Assembly: GCA_043228905.1 (NCBI GenBank)
Contig: JBHGNT010000028.1
Coordinates: forward strand, 248,001-312,000
Direction of reading: 5' to 3'
DNA length: 64,000 nt
Source of the DNA: Azolla caroliniana
Taxonomy: Eukaryota; Plantae; Polypodiophyta
Shown here: in pieces, positions 43,301-56,000 of the stretch
Numbering within the stretch: position 1 is the first letter of the stretch
Layout of the letters: each line of letters starts with the position of its first letter
Notes under the pieces: model-generated
The model's input: only the letters and a program-made list of their open reading frames with translations
Told to the model about the DNA's origin: nothing
The model's database searches: none
Position numbers and translations under genes: made by a program

Positions 43301-46300
43301 GTCTCTTGACATGAGTTTCAAAATCTTGATTTTTTAATTCCATTTTATAGCTCGCGTTGTTAGCTTCGATTCGCATGTTTGAACACAAAAATCCGATATC
43401 ACACTCGCCAGATATGAACATTTTAATTTACCTACTAGCTCTTCCCAACTCACTCCTCAAATTTGGGAATTTCGTCATGTCTCTCGACCTGAGTTTCAAA
43501 ATCTTGATTTTTTAATTCCATATCGTAGCTAGCGTTGTTAGCTTCGATTCGCATGTTTGAACACAAAAATCCGATATCACACTCGCCAGTTATGAACATT
43601 TTAATTTACCTAGTAGCTCTTCCCAACTCCCTCCTAATGTTGCTAATTTCGTCATGTCTCTCGACCTGAGTTTCAAAATCTTGATTTTTTAATTGCATAT
43701 CATAGCTAGCGTTGTTAGCTTCGATTCGCATGTTTGAACACAAAAATCCGATATCACACGAGCCAGGTATGAACATTTTAATTTACTCCAGGGTTCTTCC
43801 CAACTCACTCCTCAAATTTGCTAATTTCGTCATGTCTCTCGACCTGAGTTTCAAAATCTTGATTCTTTAATTCCATATCATAGCTAGCGTTGTTAGCTTC
43901 GATTCGCATGTTTGAACACAAAAATCCGATATCACACTCGCCAGATATGAACATTTTAATTTACCTACTAGCTCTTCCCAACTCACTCCTCAAATTTGCT
44001 AATTTCGTCATGTCTCTTGACATGAGTTTCAAAATCTTGATTTTTTAATTCCATTTTATAGCTCGCGTTGTTAGCTTCGATTCGCATGTTTGAACACAAA
44101 AATCCGATATCACACTCGCCAGATATGAACATTTTAATTTACCTACTAGCTCTTCCCAACTCACTCCTCAAATTTGGGAATTTCGTCATGTCTCTCGACC
44201 TGAGTTTCAAAATCTTGATTTTTTAATTCCATATCGTAACTAGCGTTGTTAGCTTCGATTTACATGTTTGAACACAAAAATCCGATATCACACGAGCCAG
44301 GTATGATCATTTTAATTTACTCAAGGGCTCTTCTCAACTCCCTCGTCAGCGTTGCTAATTTCGTCATGTTTGAATCTTGACTTTTTAATTCAAAATCTTG
44401 AACACTCCAGGGTTCCTCTCAACTCCCTCGTCAAGGTTGCTAATTTCGTGATGTCTCTCGACCTGAGATTCAAAATCTTGAGTTTTTAATTCCATATCAT
44501 AGCTAGCGTTGTTAGCTTCGATTCGCATGTTTGAACACAAAAATCCGATATCACACTCGCCAGATATGAACATTTTAATTTACTCAAGGGCTCCTCTCAA
44601 CTCCCTCCTCATGTTTGCTAATATCGTCAGGTCTCTCGACCTGAGTTTCAAAATCTTGATTTTTTAATTCCATATCATAGCTAGCGTTGTTAGCTTCGAT
44701 TGGAATGTTTGAACACAAAAATCCGATATCACACGAGCCAGGTATGAACATTTTAATTTACCTATTACCTCTTCTAAACTCACTCCTCAAATTTGGTAAT
44801 TTTGGCATGTCTCTCGACCTGAGTTTCAAAATCTTGATTTTTTAATACCATATCATAGCTAGCGTTGTTAGCTTCGATTCGCATGTTTGAACACAAAAAT
44901 CCCATATCACACTCGCCAGTTATGAACATTTTAATTTACCTACTAGCTCTTCCCAACTCCCTCCTCATGTTGCTAATTTCGTCATGTCTCTCGACCTGAG
45001 TTTCAAAATCTTGATTTTTTAATTCCATATCGTAGCTAGCTTTGTTAGCTTCGATTCACATGTTTGAACACAAAAATCCGATATCACACGAGCCAGGTAT
45101 GAACATTTTAATTTACTCCAGGGTTCCTCTCAACTCCCTCGTCAAGGTTGCTAATTTCGTCATGTCTCTCGACCTGAGTTTCAAAATCTTGATTTTTTAA
45201 TTGCATATCATAGCTAGCGTTGTTAGCTTCGATTCGCATGTTTGAACACAAAAATCCGATATCACACTCGCCAGATATGAACATTTTAATTTACCTACTA
45301 GCTCTTCCCAACTCACTCCTCAAATTTGGGAATTTCGTCATGTCTCTCGACCTGAGTTTCAAAATCTTGATTTTTTAATTCCATATCGTAGCTAGCGTTG
45401 TTAGCTTCGATTCACATGTTTGAACACAAAAATCCGATATCACACGAGCCAGGTATGATCATTTTAATTTACTCAAGGGCTCTTCTCAACTCCCTCGTCA
45501 AGGTTGCTAATTTCTTCATGTCTCTCGACCTGAGTTTCAAAATCTTGATTTTTTAATTGCATATCATAGCTAGCGTTGTTAGCTTCGATTCGCATGTTTG
45601 AACACAAAAATCCGATATCCCACTCGCCAGATATGAACATTTTAATTTACCTACTAGCTCTTCCCAACTCACTCCTCAAATTTGCTAATTTCCTCATGTC
45701 TCTCGACCTGAGTTTCAAAATCTTGATTTTTTAATTCGAGATCATAGCTAGCGTTGTTAGCTTCGATTCGCATGTTTGAACACAAAAATCCGATATCACA
45801 CTCGCCAGATATGAACATTTTAATTTACCTAGCAGCTCTTCCCAACTCACTCCTCAAATTTGCTAATTTCGTCATGTCTCTCGACCTGAGTTTCAAAATC
45901 TTGATTTTTTAATTCCATATCGTAGCTAGCGTTGTTAGCTTCGATTCACATGTTTGAACACAAAAATCCGATATCACACGAGCCAGGTATGATCATTTTA
46001 ATTTACTCAAGGGCTCTTCTCAACTCCCTCGTCAAGGTTGCTAATTTCTTCATGTCTCTCGACCTGAGTTTCAAAATCTTGATTTTTTAATTCCATATCA
46101 TAGCTAGCGTTGTTAGCTTCGATTCGCATGTTTGAACACAAAAATCCGATATCACACTCGCCAGATATGAACATTTTAATTTACCTACTAGCTCTTCCCA
46201 ACTCACTCCTCAAATTTGCTAATTTCGTCATGTCTCTTGACATGAGTTTCAAAATCTTGATTTTTTAATTCCATTTTATAGCTCGCGTTGTTAGCTTCGA

Positions 46301-49300
46301 TTCGCATGTTTGAACACAAAAATCCGATATCACACTCGCCAGATATGAACATTTTAATTTACCTACTAGCTCTTCCCAACTCACTCCTCAAATTTGGGAA
46401 TTTCGTCATGTCTCTCGACCTGAGTTTCAAAATCTTGATTTTTTAATTTCATATCGTAACTAGCGTTGTTAGCTTCGATTTACATGTTTGAACACAAAAA
46501 TCCGATATCACACGAGCCAGGTATGATCATTTTAATTTACTCAAGGGCTCTTCTCAACTCCCTCGTCAGCGTTGCTAATTTCGTCATGTTTGAATCTTGA
46601 CTTTTTAATTCAAAATCTTGAACACTCCAGGGTTCCTCTCAACTCCCTCGTCAAGGTTGCTAATTTCGTCATGTCTCTCGACCTGAGATTCAAAATCTTG
46701 AGTTTTTAATTCCATATCATAGCTAGCGTTGTTAGCTTCGATTCGCATGTTTGAACACAAAAATCCGATATCACACTCGCCAGATATGAACATTTTAATT
46801 TACTCAAGGGCTCCTCTCAACTCCCTCCTCATGTTTGCTAATATCGTCAGGTCTCTCGACCTGAGTTTCAAAATCTTGATTTTTTAATTCCATATCATAG
46901 CTAGCGTTGTTAGCTTCGATTGGAATGTTTGAACACAAAAATCCGATATCACACGAGCCAGGTATGAACATTTTAATTTACCTATTACCTCTTCTAAACT
47001 CACTCCTCAAATTTGGTAATTTTGGCATGTCTCTCGACCTGAGTTTCAAAATCTTGATTTTTTAATACCATATCATAGCTAGCGTTGTTAGCTTCGATTC
47101 GCATGTTTGAACACAAAAATCCCATATCACACTCGCCAGTTATGAACATTTTAATTTACCTACTAGCTCTTCCCAACTCCCTCCTCATGTTGCTAATTTC
47201 GTCATGTCTCTCGACCTGAGTTTCAAAATCTTGATTTTTTAATTCCATATCGTAGCTAGCTTTGTTAGCTTCGATTCACATGTTTGAACACAAAAATCCG
47301 ATATCACACGAGCCAGGTATGAACATTTTAATTTACTCCAGGGTTCCTCTCAACTCCCTCGTCAAGGTTGCTAATTTCGTCATGTCTCTCGACCTGAGTT
47401 TCAAAATCTTGATTTTTTAATTGCATATCATAGCTAGCGTTGTTAGCTTCGATTCGCATGTTTGAACACAAAAATCCGATATCACACTCGCCAGATATGA
47501 ACATTTTAATTTACCTACTAGCTCTTCCCAACTCACTCCTCAAATTTGGGAATTTCGTCATGTCTCTCGACCTGAGTTTCAAAATCTTGATTTTTTAATT
47601 CCATATCGTAGCTAGCGTTGTTAGCTTCGATTCACATGTTTGAACACAAAAATCCGATATCACACGAGCCAGGTATGATCATTTTAATTTACTCAAGGGC
47701 TCTTCTCAACTCCCTCGTCAAGGTTGCTAATTTCTTCATGTCTCTCGACCTGAGTTTCAAAATCTTGATTTTTTAATTGCATATCATAGCTAGCGTTGTT
47801 AGCTTCGATTCGCATGTTTGAACACAAAAATCCGATATCCCACTCGCCAGATATGAACATTTTAATTTACCTACTAGCTCTTCCCAACTCACTCCTCAAA
47901 TTTGCTAATTTCCTCATGTCTCTCGACCTGAGTTTCAAAATCTTGATTTTTTAATTCGAGATCATAGCTAGCGTTGTTAGCTTCGATTCGCATGTTTGAA
48001 CACAAAAATCCGATATCACACTCGCCAGATATGAACATTTTAATTTACCTAGCAGCTCTTCCCAACTCACTCCTCAAATTTGCTAATTTCGTCATGTCTC
48101 TCGACCTGAGTTTCAAAATCTTGATTTTTTAATTCCATATCGTAGCTAGCGTTGTTAGCTTCGATTCACATGTTTGAACACAAAAATCCGATATCACACG
48201 AGCCAGGTATGATCATTTTAATTTACTCAAGGGCTCTTCTCAACTCCCTCGTCAAGGTTGCTAATTTCTTCATGTCTCTCGACCTGAGTTTCAAAATCTT
48301 GATTTTTTAATTCCATATCATAGCTAGCGTTGTTAGCTTCGATTCGCATGTTTGAACACAAAAATCCGATATCACACTCGCCAGATATGAACATTTTAAT
48401 TTACCTACTAGCTCTTCCCAACTCACTCCTCAAATTTGCTAATTTCGTCATGTCTCTTGACATGAGTTTCAAAATCTTGATTTTTTAATTCCATTTTATA
48501 GCTCGCGTTGTTAGCTTCGATTCGCATGTTTGAACACAAAAATCCGATATCACACTCGCCAGATATGAACATTTTAATTTACCTACTAGCTCTTCCCAAC
48601 TCACTCCTCAAATTTGGGAATTTCGTCATGTCTCTCGACCTGAGTTTCAAAATCTTGATTTTTTAATTTCATATCGTAACTAGCGTTGTTAGCTTCGATT
48701 TACATGTTTGAACACAAAAATCCGATATCACACGAGCCAGGTATGATCATTTTAATTTACTCAAGGGCTCTTCTCAACTCCCTCGTCAGCGTTGCTAATT
48801 TCGTCATGTTTGAATCTTGACTTTTTAATTCAAAATCTTGAACACTCCAGGGTTCCTCTCAACTCCCTCGTCAAGGTTGCTAATTTCGTCATGTCTCTCG
48901 ACCTGAGATTCAAAATCTTGAGTTTTTAATTCCATATCATAGCTAGCGTTGTTAGCTTCGATTCGCATGTTTGAACACAAAAATCCGATATCACACTCGC
49001 CAGATATGAACATTTTAATTTACTCAAGGGCTCCTCTCAACTCCCTCCTCATGTTTGCTAATATCGTCAGGTCTCTCGACCTGAGTTTCAAAATCTTGAT
49101 TTTTTAATTCCATATCATAGCTAGCGTTGTTAGCTTCGATTGGAATGTTTGAACACAAAAATCCGATATCACACGAGCCAGGTATGAACATTTTAATTTA
49201 CCTATTACCTCTTCTAAACTCACTCCTCAAATTTGGTAATTTTGGCATGTCTCTCGACCTGAGTTTCAAAATCTTGATTTTTTAATACCATATCATAGGT

Positions 49301-49600
49301 AGCGTTGTTAGCTTCGATTCGCATGTTTGAACACAAAAATCCGATATCACACTCGCCAGTTATGAACATTTTAATTTACCTACTAGCTCTTCCCAACTCC
49401 CTCCTCATGTTGCTAATTTCGTCATGTCTCTCGACCTGAGTTTCAAAATCTTGATTTTTTAATTCCATATCGTAGCTAGCTTTGTTAGCTTCGATTCACA
49501 TGTTTGAACACAAAAATCCGATATCACACGAGCCAGGTATGAACATTTTAATTTACTCCAGGGTTCCTCTCAACTCCCTCGTCAAGGTTGCTAATTTCGT
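37342..49600. repeat. HOR domain of 12-13 full monomers plus one 85-bp unit (periods 2396, 2219, 2397, 2220, 2220 bp)
   Basis: Periods come from the spacing of the 85-bp units and agree with the ORF-track starts 37373, 39769, 41988, 44385, 46605 and 48825. 2220 = 11x178 + 177 + 85. Confidence 0.9.
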
Positions 49601-51310
49601 CATGTCTCTCGACCTGAGTTTCAAAATCTTGATTTTTTAATTCCATATCATAGCTAGCGTTGTTAGCTTCGATTCGCATGTTTGAACACAAAAATCCGAT
49701 ATCACACGAGCCAGGTATGAACATTTTAATTTACTCCAGGGTTCCTCTCAACTCCCTCGTCAAGGTTGCTAATTTCGTCATGTCTCTCGACCTGAGTTTC
49801 AAAATCTTGATTTTTTAATGCCATATCATAGCTAGCGTTGTTAGCTTCGATTCGCATGTTTGAACACAAAAATCCGATATCACACTCGCCAGATATGAAC
49901 ATTTTAATTTACCTAGCAGCTCTTCCCAACTCACTCCTCAAATTTGCTAATTTCGTCATGTCTCTCGACCTGAGTTTCAAAATCTTGATTTTTTAATTCC
50001 ATATCATAGCTAGCGTTGTTAGCTTCGATTCGCATGTTTGAACACAAAAATCCGATATCACACGAGCTAGGTATGATCATTTTAATTTACCTACTAGCTC
50101 TTCCCAACTCACTCCTCAAATTTGCTAATTTCGTCATGTCTCTCGACGTGAGTTTCAAAATCTTGATTTTTTAATTCCATATCATAGCTAGCGTTGTTAG
50201 CTTCGATTCGCATGTTTGAACACAAAAGTCCGATATCACACTCGCCAGTTATGAACATTTTAATTTACCTAGTAGCTCTTCCCAACTCCCTCCTAATGTT
50301 GCTAATTTCGTCATGTCTCTCGACCTGAGTTTCAAAATCTTGATTTTTTAATTCGAGATCATAGCTAGCGTTGTTAGCTTCGATTCGCATGTTTGAACAC
50401 AAAAATCCGATATCCCACTCGCCAGATATGAACATTTTAATTTACCTACTAGCTCTTCCCAACTCACTCCTCAAATTTGGGAATTTCGTCATGTCTCTCG
50501 ACCTGAGTTTCAAAATCTTGATTTTTTAATTCCATATCATAGCTAGCGTTGTTAGCTTCGATTCGCATGTTTGAACACAAAAATCCGATATCACACTCGC
50601 CAGATATGAACATTTTAATTTACCTACTAGCTCTTCCCAACTCACTCCTCAAATTTGCTAATTTCGTCATGTCTCTCGACCTGAGTTTCAAAATCTTGAT
50701 TTTTTAATTCCATATCATAGCTCGCGTTGTTAGCTTCGATTCGCATGTTTGAACACAAAATTCCGATATCACACGAGCCAGGTATGATCATTTTAATTTA
50801 CCTACTAGCTCTTCCCAACTCACTCCTCAAATTTGCTAATTTCGTCATGTCTCTCGACGTGAGTTTCAAAATCTTGATTTTTTAATTCCATATCATAGCT
50901 AGCGTTGTTAGCTTCGATTCGCATGTTTGAACACAAAAGTCCGATATCACACTCGCCAGTTATGAACATTTTAATTTACCTAGTAGCTCTTCCCAACTCC
51001 CTCCTAATGTTGCTAATTTCGTCATGTCTCTCGACCTGAGTTTCAAAATCTTGATTTTTTAATTCGAGATCATAGCTAGCGATGTTAGCTTCGATTCGCA
51101 TGTTTGAACACAAAAATCCGATATCCCACTCGCCAGATATGAACATTTTAATTTACCTACTAGCTCTTCCCAACTCACTCCTCAAATTTGGGAATTTCGT
51201 CATGTCTCTCGACCTGAGTTTCAAAATCTTGATTTTTTAATTCCATATCATAGCTAGCGTTGTTAGCTTCGATTCGCATGTTTGAACACAAAAATCCGAT
51301 ATCCCACTCG

Positions 51311-53060
51311 TTTAATTTACTCAAGGGCTCCTCTCAACTCCTTCCTCAAGTTTGCTAATTTCGTCATGTCTCTCGACCTGACTTTCAAAATCTTGATTTT
51401 TTTATTCCATATCATAGCTAGCGTTGTTAGCTTCGATTCGCATGTTTGAACACAAAAATCCGATATCACACGAGCCAGGTATGAACATTTGAATTTACTC
51501 CAGGACTGCTCTCAACTCCTTCCTCAAGTTTGCTAATTTCGTCATGTCTCTCGACCTGAGTTTCAAAACCTTGATTTTTTAATTCCATATCATAGCTAGC
51601 GTTGTTAGCTTCGATTCGCATGTTTGAACACAAAAATCCGATATAACACGAGCCAGGTATGAACATTTTAATTTACTCAAGGACTCCTCTCAACTCCTTC
51701 CTCAAGTTTGCTAATTTCGTCATGTCTCTCGACCTGAGTTTCAAAATCTGGATTTTTTAATTCCATATCATAGCTAGCGTTGTTAGCTTCGATTCGCATG
51801 TTTGAACACAAAAATCCGATATCACACGAGCCAGGTATAAACATTTTAATTTACCTACTAGCTCTTCTCAACTCCCTCCTCAAATTTGGTAATTTCGTCA
51901 GGTCTCTCGACCTGAGTTTCAAAATCCTGATTTTTTAATTCCATATCATAGCTAGCGTTGTTAGCTTCGATTCGCATGTTTGAACACAAAAATCCGATAT
52001 CACACGAGCCAGGTATGAACAGTTTAATTTACTCAAGGGCTCCTCTCAACTCCCTCCTCAAGTTTGCTATTTTCGTCATGTCTCTCGACCTGAGTTTCAA
52101 AATCTTGATTTTTAAATTCCATATCATAGCTAGCGTTGTTACCTTCGACTCGCATGTTTGAACACAAAAATCCGATATCACACGAGCCAGGTATGAACAT
52201 TTTAATTTACTCAAGGACTCCTCTCAACTCCTTCCTCAAGTTTGCTAATTTCGTCATGTCTCTCGACCTGAGTTTCAAAACCTTGATTTTTTAGTTCCAT
52301 ATCATAGCTAGCATTGTTAGCTTCGATTCGCATGTTTGAACACAGAAATCCGATATAACACAAGCCAGGTATGAACATTTTAATTTACTCAAGGACTCCT
52401 CTCAACCCCTTCCTCAAGTTTTGTAATTTCGTCATGTCTCTCGACCTGACTTTCAAAATCTTGATTTTTTAATTCCATATCATAGCTAGCGTTGTTAGCT
52501 TCGATACGCATGTTTGAACACAAAAATCCGATATCACACGAGCCAGGTATGAACAGTTTAATTTACTCAAGGGCTCCTCTCAACTCCTTCCTCAAGTTTG
52601 CTAATTTCGTCATGTCTCTCGACCTGACTTTGAAAATCTTGATTTTTTTATTCCATATCATAGCTAGCGTTGTTAGCTTCGATTCGCATGTTTGAACACA
52701 AAAATCCGATATCACACGAGCCAGGTATGAACATTTGAATTTACTCCAGGACTGCTCTCAACTCCTTCCTCAAGTTTGCTAATTTCGTCAAGTCTCTCGA
52801 CCTGAGTTTCAAAACCTTGATTTTTTAATTCCATATCATAGCTAGCGTTGTTAGCTTCGATTCGCATGTTTGAACACAAAAATCCGATATAACACGAGCC
52901 AGGTATGAACATTTTAATTTACTCAAGGACTCCTCTCAACTCCTTCCTCAAGTTTGCTAATTTCGTCATGTCTCTCGACCTGAGTTTCAAAATCTGGATT
53001 TTTTAATTCCATATCATAGCTAGCGTTGTTAGCTTCGATTCGCATGTTTGAACACAAAAA
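51311..53060. repeat. Island of a distinct subfamily of the same satellite, about 10 monomers with a 1246-bp (7-mer) periodicity
   Basis: Diagnostic motifs not seen elsewhere in the window: CTCCTTCCTCAAGTTTG, ACTCAAGGACTCC, CCAGGACTGC, GACCTGACTTT, AAAACCTTG and GATATAACAC. Identical-frame ORFs at 51466 and 52712 are 1246 = 7x178 apart. There is a 14-bp deletion at the left edge. Confidence 0.9.
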
Positions 53061-56000
53061 TCCGATATCCCACTCGCCAGGTATGATCATTTTAATTTAC
53101 CTACTAGCTCTTTCCAACTCACTCCTCAAATTTGGGAATTTCGTCATGTCTCTCGACCTGAGTTTCAAAATCTTGATTTTTTAATTCCATATCATAGCTA
53201 ACGTTGTTAGCTTCGATTCACATGATTGAACACAAAAATCCGATATCACACTCGCCAGTTATGAACATTTTAATTTACCTACTAGCTCTTCCCAACTCCC
53301 TCCTCATGTTGCTAATTTTGTCATGTCTCTCGACCTGAGTTTAAAAATCTTGATTTTTTAATTCCATATCCTAGCTAGCGTTGTTAGCTTCGATTCGCAT
53401 GTTTGAACACAAAAATCCGAAATCCCACTCGCCAGATATGAACATTTTAATTTACCTACTAGCTCTTCCCAACTCAGTCCTCAAATTGGCTAATTTCCTC
53501 ATGTCTCTCGACCTGAGTTTCAAAATCTTGATTTTTTAATTCCATATCATAGCTAGCGTTGTTAGCTTCGATTCGCATGTTTGAACACAAAAGTCCGATA
53601 TCACACTCGCCAGTTATGAACATTTTAATTTACCTAGTAGCTCTTCCCAACTCCCTCCTCATGTTGCTAATTTCGTCATGTCTCTCGACCTGAGTTTCAA
53701 AATCTTGATTTTTTAAATCGAGATCATAGCTAGCGTTGTTAGCTTCGATTCGCATGTTTGAACACAAAAATCCGATATCACACTCGCCAGATATGAACAT
53801 TTTAATTTACCTACTAGCTCTTCCCAACTCACCCCTCAAATTTCGGAATTTCCTCATGTCTCTCGACCTGAGTTTCAAAATCTTGATTTTTTAATTCCAT
53901 ATCATAGCTAGCGTTGTTAGCTTCGATTCGCATGTTTGAACACAAAAGTCCGATATCCCACTCGCCAGATATGAACATTTTAATTTACCTACTAGCTCTT
54001 CCCAACTCACTCCTCAAATTTGGGAATTTCGTCATGTCTCTCGACCTGAGTTTCAAAATCTTGATTTTTTAATTCCATATCATAGCTAGCGTTGTTAGCT
54101 TCGATTCGCATGTTTGAACACAAAAATCCGATATCCCACTCGCCAGATATGAACATTTTAATTTACCTACTAGCTCTTCCCAACTCACCCCTCAAATTTC
54201 GGAATTTCGTCATGTCTCTCGACCTGAGTTTCAAAATCTTGATTTTTTAATTCCATATCATAGCTAGCGTTGTTAGCTTCGATTCGCATGTTTCAACACA
54301 AAAATCCGATATCCCACTCGCCAGATATGAACATTTTAATTTACCTACTAGCTCTTCCCAACTCACTCCTCAAATTTGGGAATTTCGTCATGTCTCTCGA
54401 CCTGAGTTTCAAAATCTTGATTTTTTAATTCCATATCATAGCTAGCGTTGTTAGCTTCGATTCGCACGTTTGAACAGAAAAATCCGATATCACACGAGCC
54501 AGGTATGAACATTTTAATTTACCTACTAGCTCTTCCCAACTCACTCCTCAAATTTGCTAATTTTGTCATGTCTCTCGACCTGAGTTTCAAAATCTTGATT
54601 TTTTAATTCCATATCATAGCTAGCGTTGTTAGCTTCGATTCGCATGTTTGAACACAAAAATCCTATATCACACGAGCCAGGTATGAACATTTTAATTTAC
54701 TCCAGGGTTCCTCTCAACTCCCTCGTCAAGGTTGCTAATTTCGTCATGTCTCTCGACCTGAGTTTCAAAATCTTGATTTTTTAATTCCATATCATAGATA
54801 ATGTTGTTAGCTTCGATTCGCATGTTTGAACACAAAAATCCGAATATCCCACTCGCCAGATATGAACATTTTAATTTACCTACTAGCTCTTCCCAACTCA
54901 CTCCTCAAATTTGGGAATTTCGTCATGTCTCTCGACCTGAGTTTCAAAATCTTGATTTTTTAATTCCATATCATAGCTAGCGTTGTTAGCTTCGATTCGC
55001 ATGTTTGAACACAAAAATCCGATATCCCACTCGCCAGATATGAACATTTTAATTTACCTACTAGCTCTTCCCAACTCACTCCTCAAATTTGGGAATTTCG
55101 TCATGTCTCTCGACCTGAGTTTCAAAATCTTGATTTTTTAATTCCATATCATAGCTAACGTTGTTAGCTTCGATTCACATGATTGAACACAAAAATCCGA
55201 TATCACACTCGCCAGTTATGAACATTTTAATTTACCTACTAGCTCTTCCCAACTCCCTCCTCATGTTGCTAATTTTGTCATGTCTCTCAACCTGAGTTTC
55301 AAAATCTTAATTTTTTAATTCCATATCGTAGCTAGCGTTGTTAGCTTCGATTCACATGTTTGAACACAAAAATCCGATATCACACGAGCCAGGTATGAAC
55401 ATTTTAATTTACTCAAGGGCTCCTCTCAACTCCCTGCTCATGTTTGCTAATTTCGTCATGTCTCTCGACGTGAGTTTCAAAATCTTGATTTTTTAATTCC
55501 ATATCATAGCTAGCGTTATTAGCTTCGATTCGCATGTTTGAACACAAAAATCCGATATCACACTCGCCAGATATGAACATTTTAATTTACCTAGCAGCTC
55601 TTCCCAACTCACTCCTCAAATTTGCTAATTTCGTCATGTCTCTCGACGTGAGTTTCAAAATCTTGATTTTTTAATTCCATATCATAGCTAGCGTTGTTAG
55701 CTTCCATTCGCATGTTTGAACACAAAAATCCGATATCACACTCGCCAGTTATGAACATTTTAATTTACCTAGTAGCTCTTCCCAACTCCCTCCTCATGTT
55801 GCTAATTTCGTCATGTCTCTCGACCTCGGTTTCAAAATCTTGATTTTTTAATTCCATATCATAGCTAGCGTAGCTTCGATTCACATGTTTGAACACAAAA
55901 ATCCGATATCACACTCGCCAGTTATGAACATTTTAATTTACCTACTAGCTCTTCCCAACTCCCTCGTCATGTTGCTAATTTCGTCATGTCTCTCGACCTG

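Noticed and set aside
51301-53080. Transposon insertion with a target-site duplication (ATCCCACTCG at both island edges)
   Set aside because: The island is satellite sequence with no terminal repeats or coding capacity, and ATCCCACTCG is a common monomer allele at the equivalent position.
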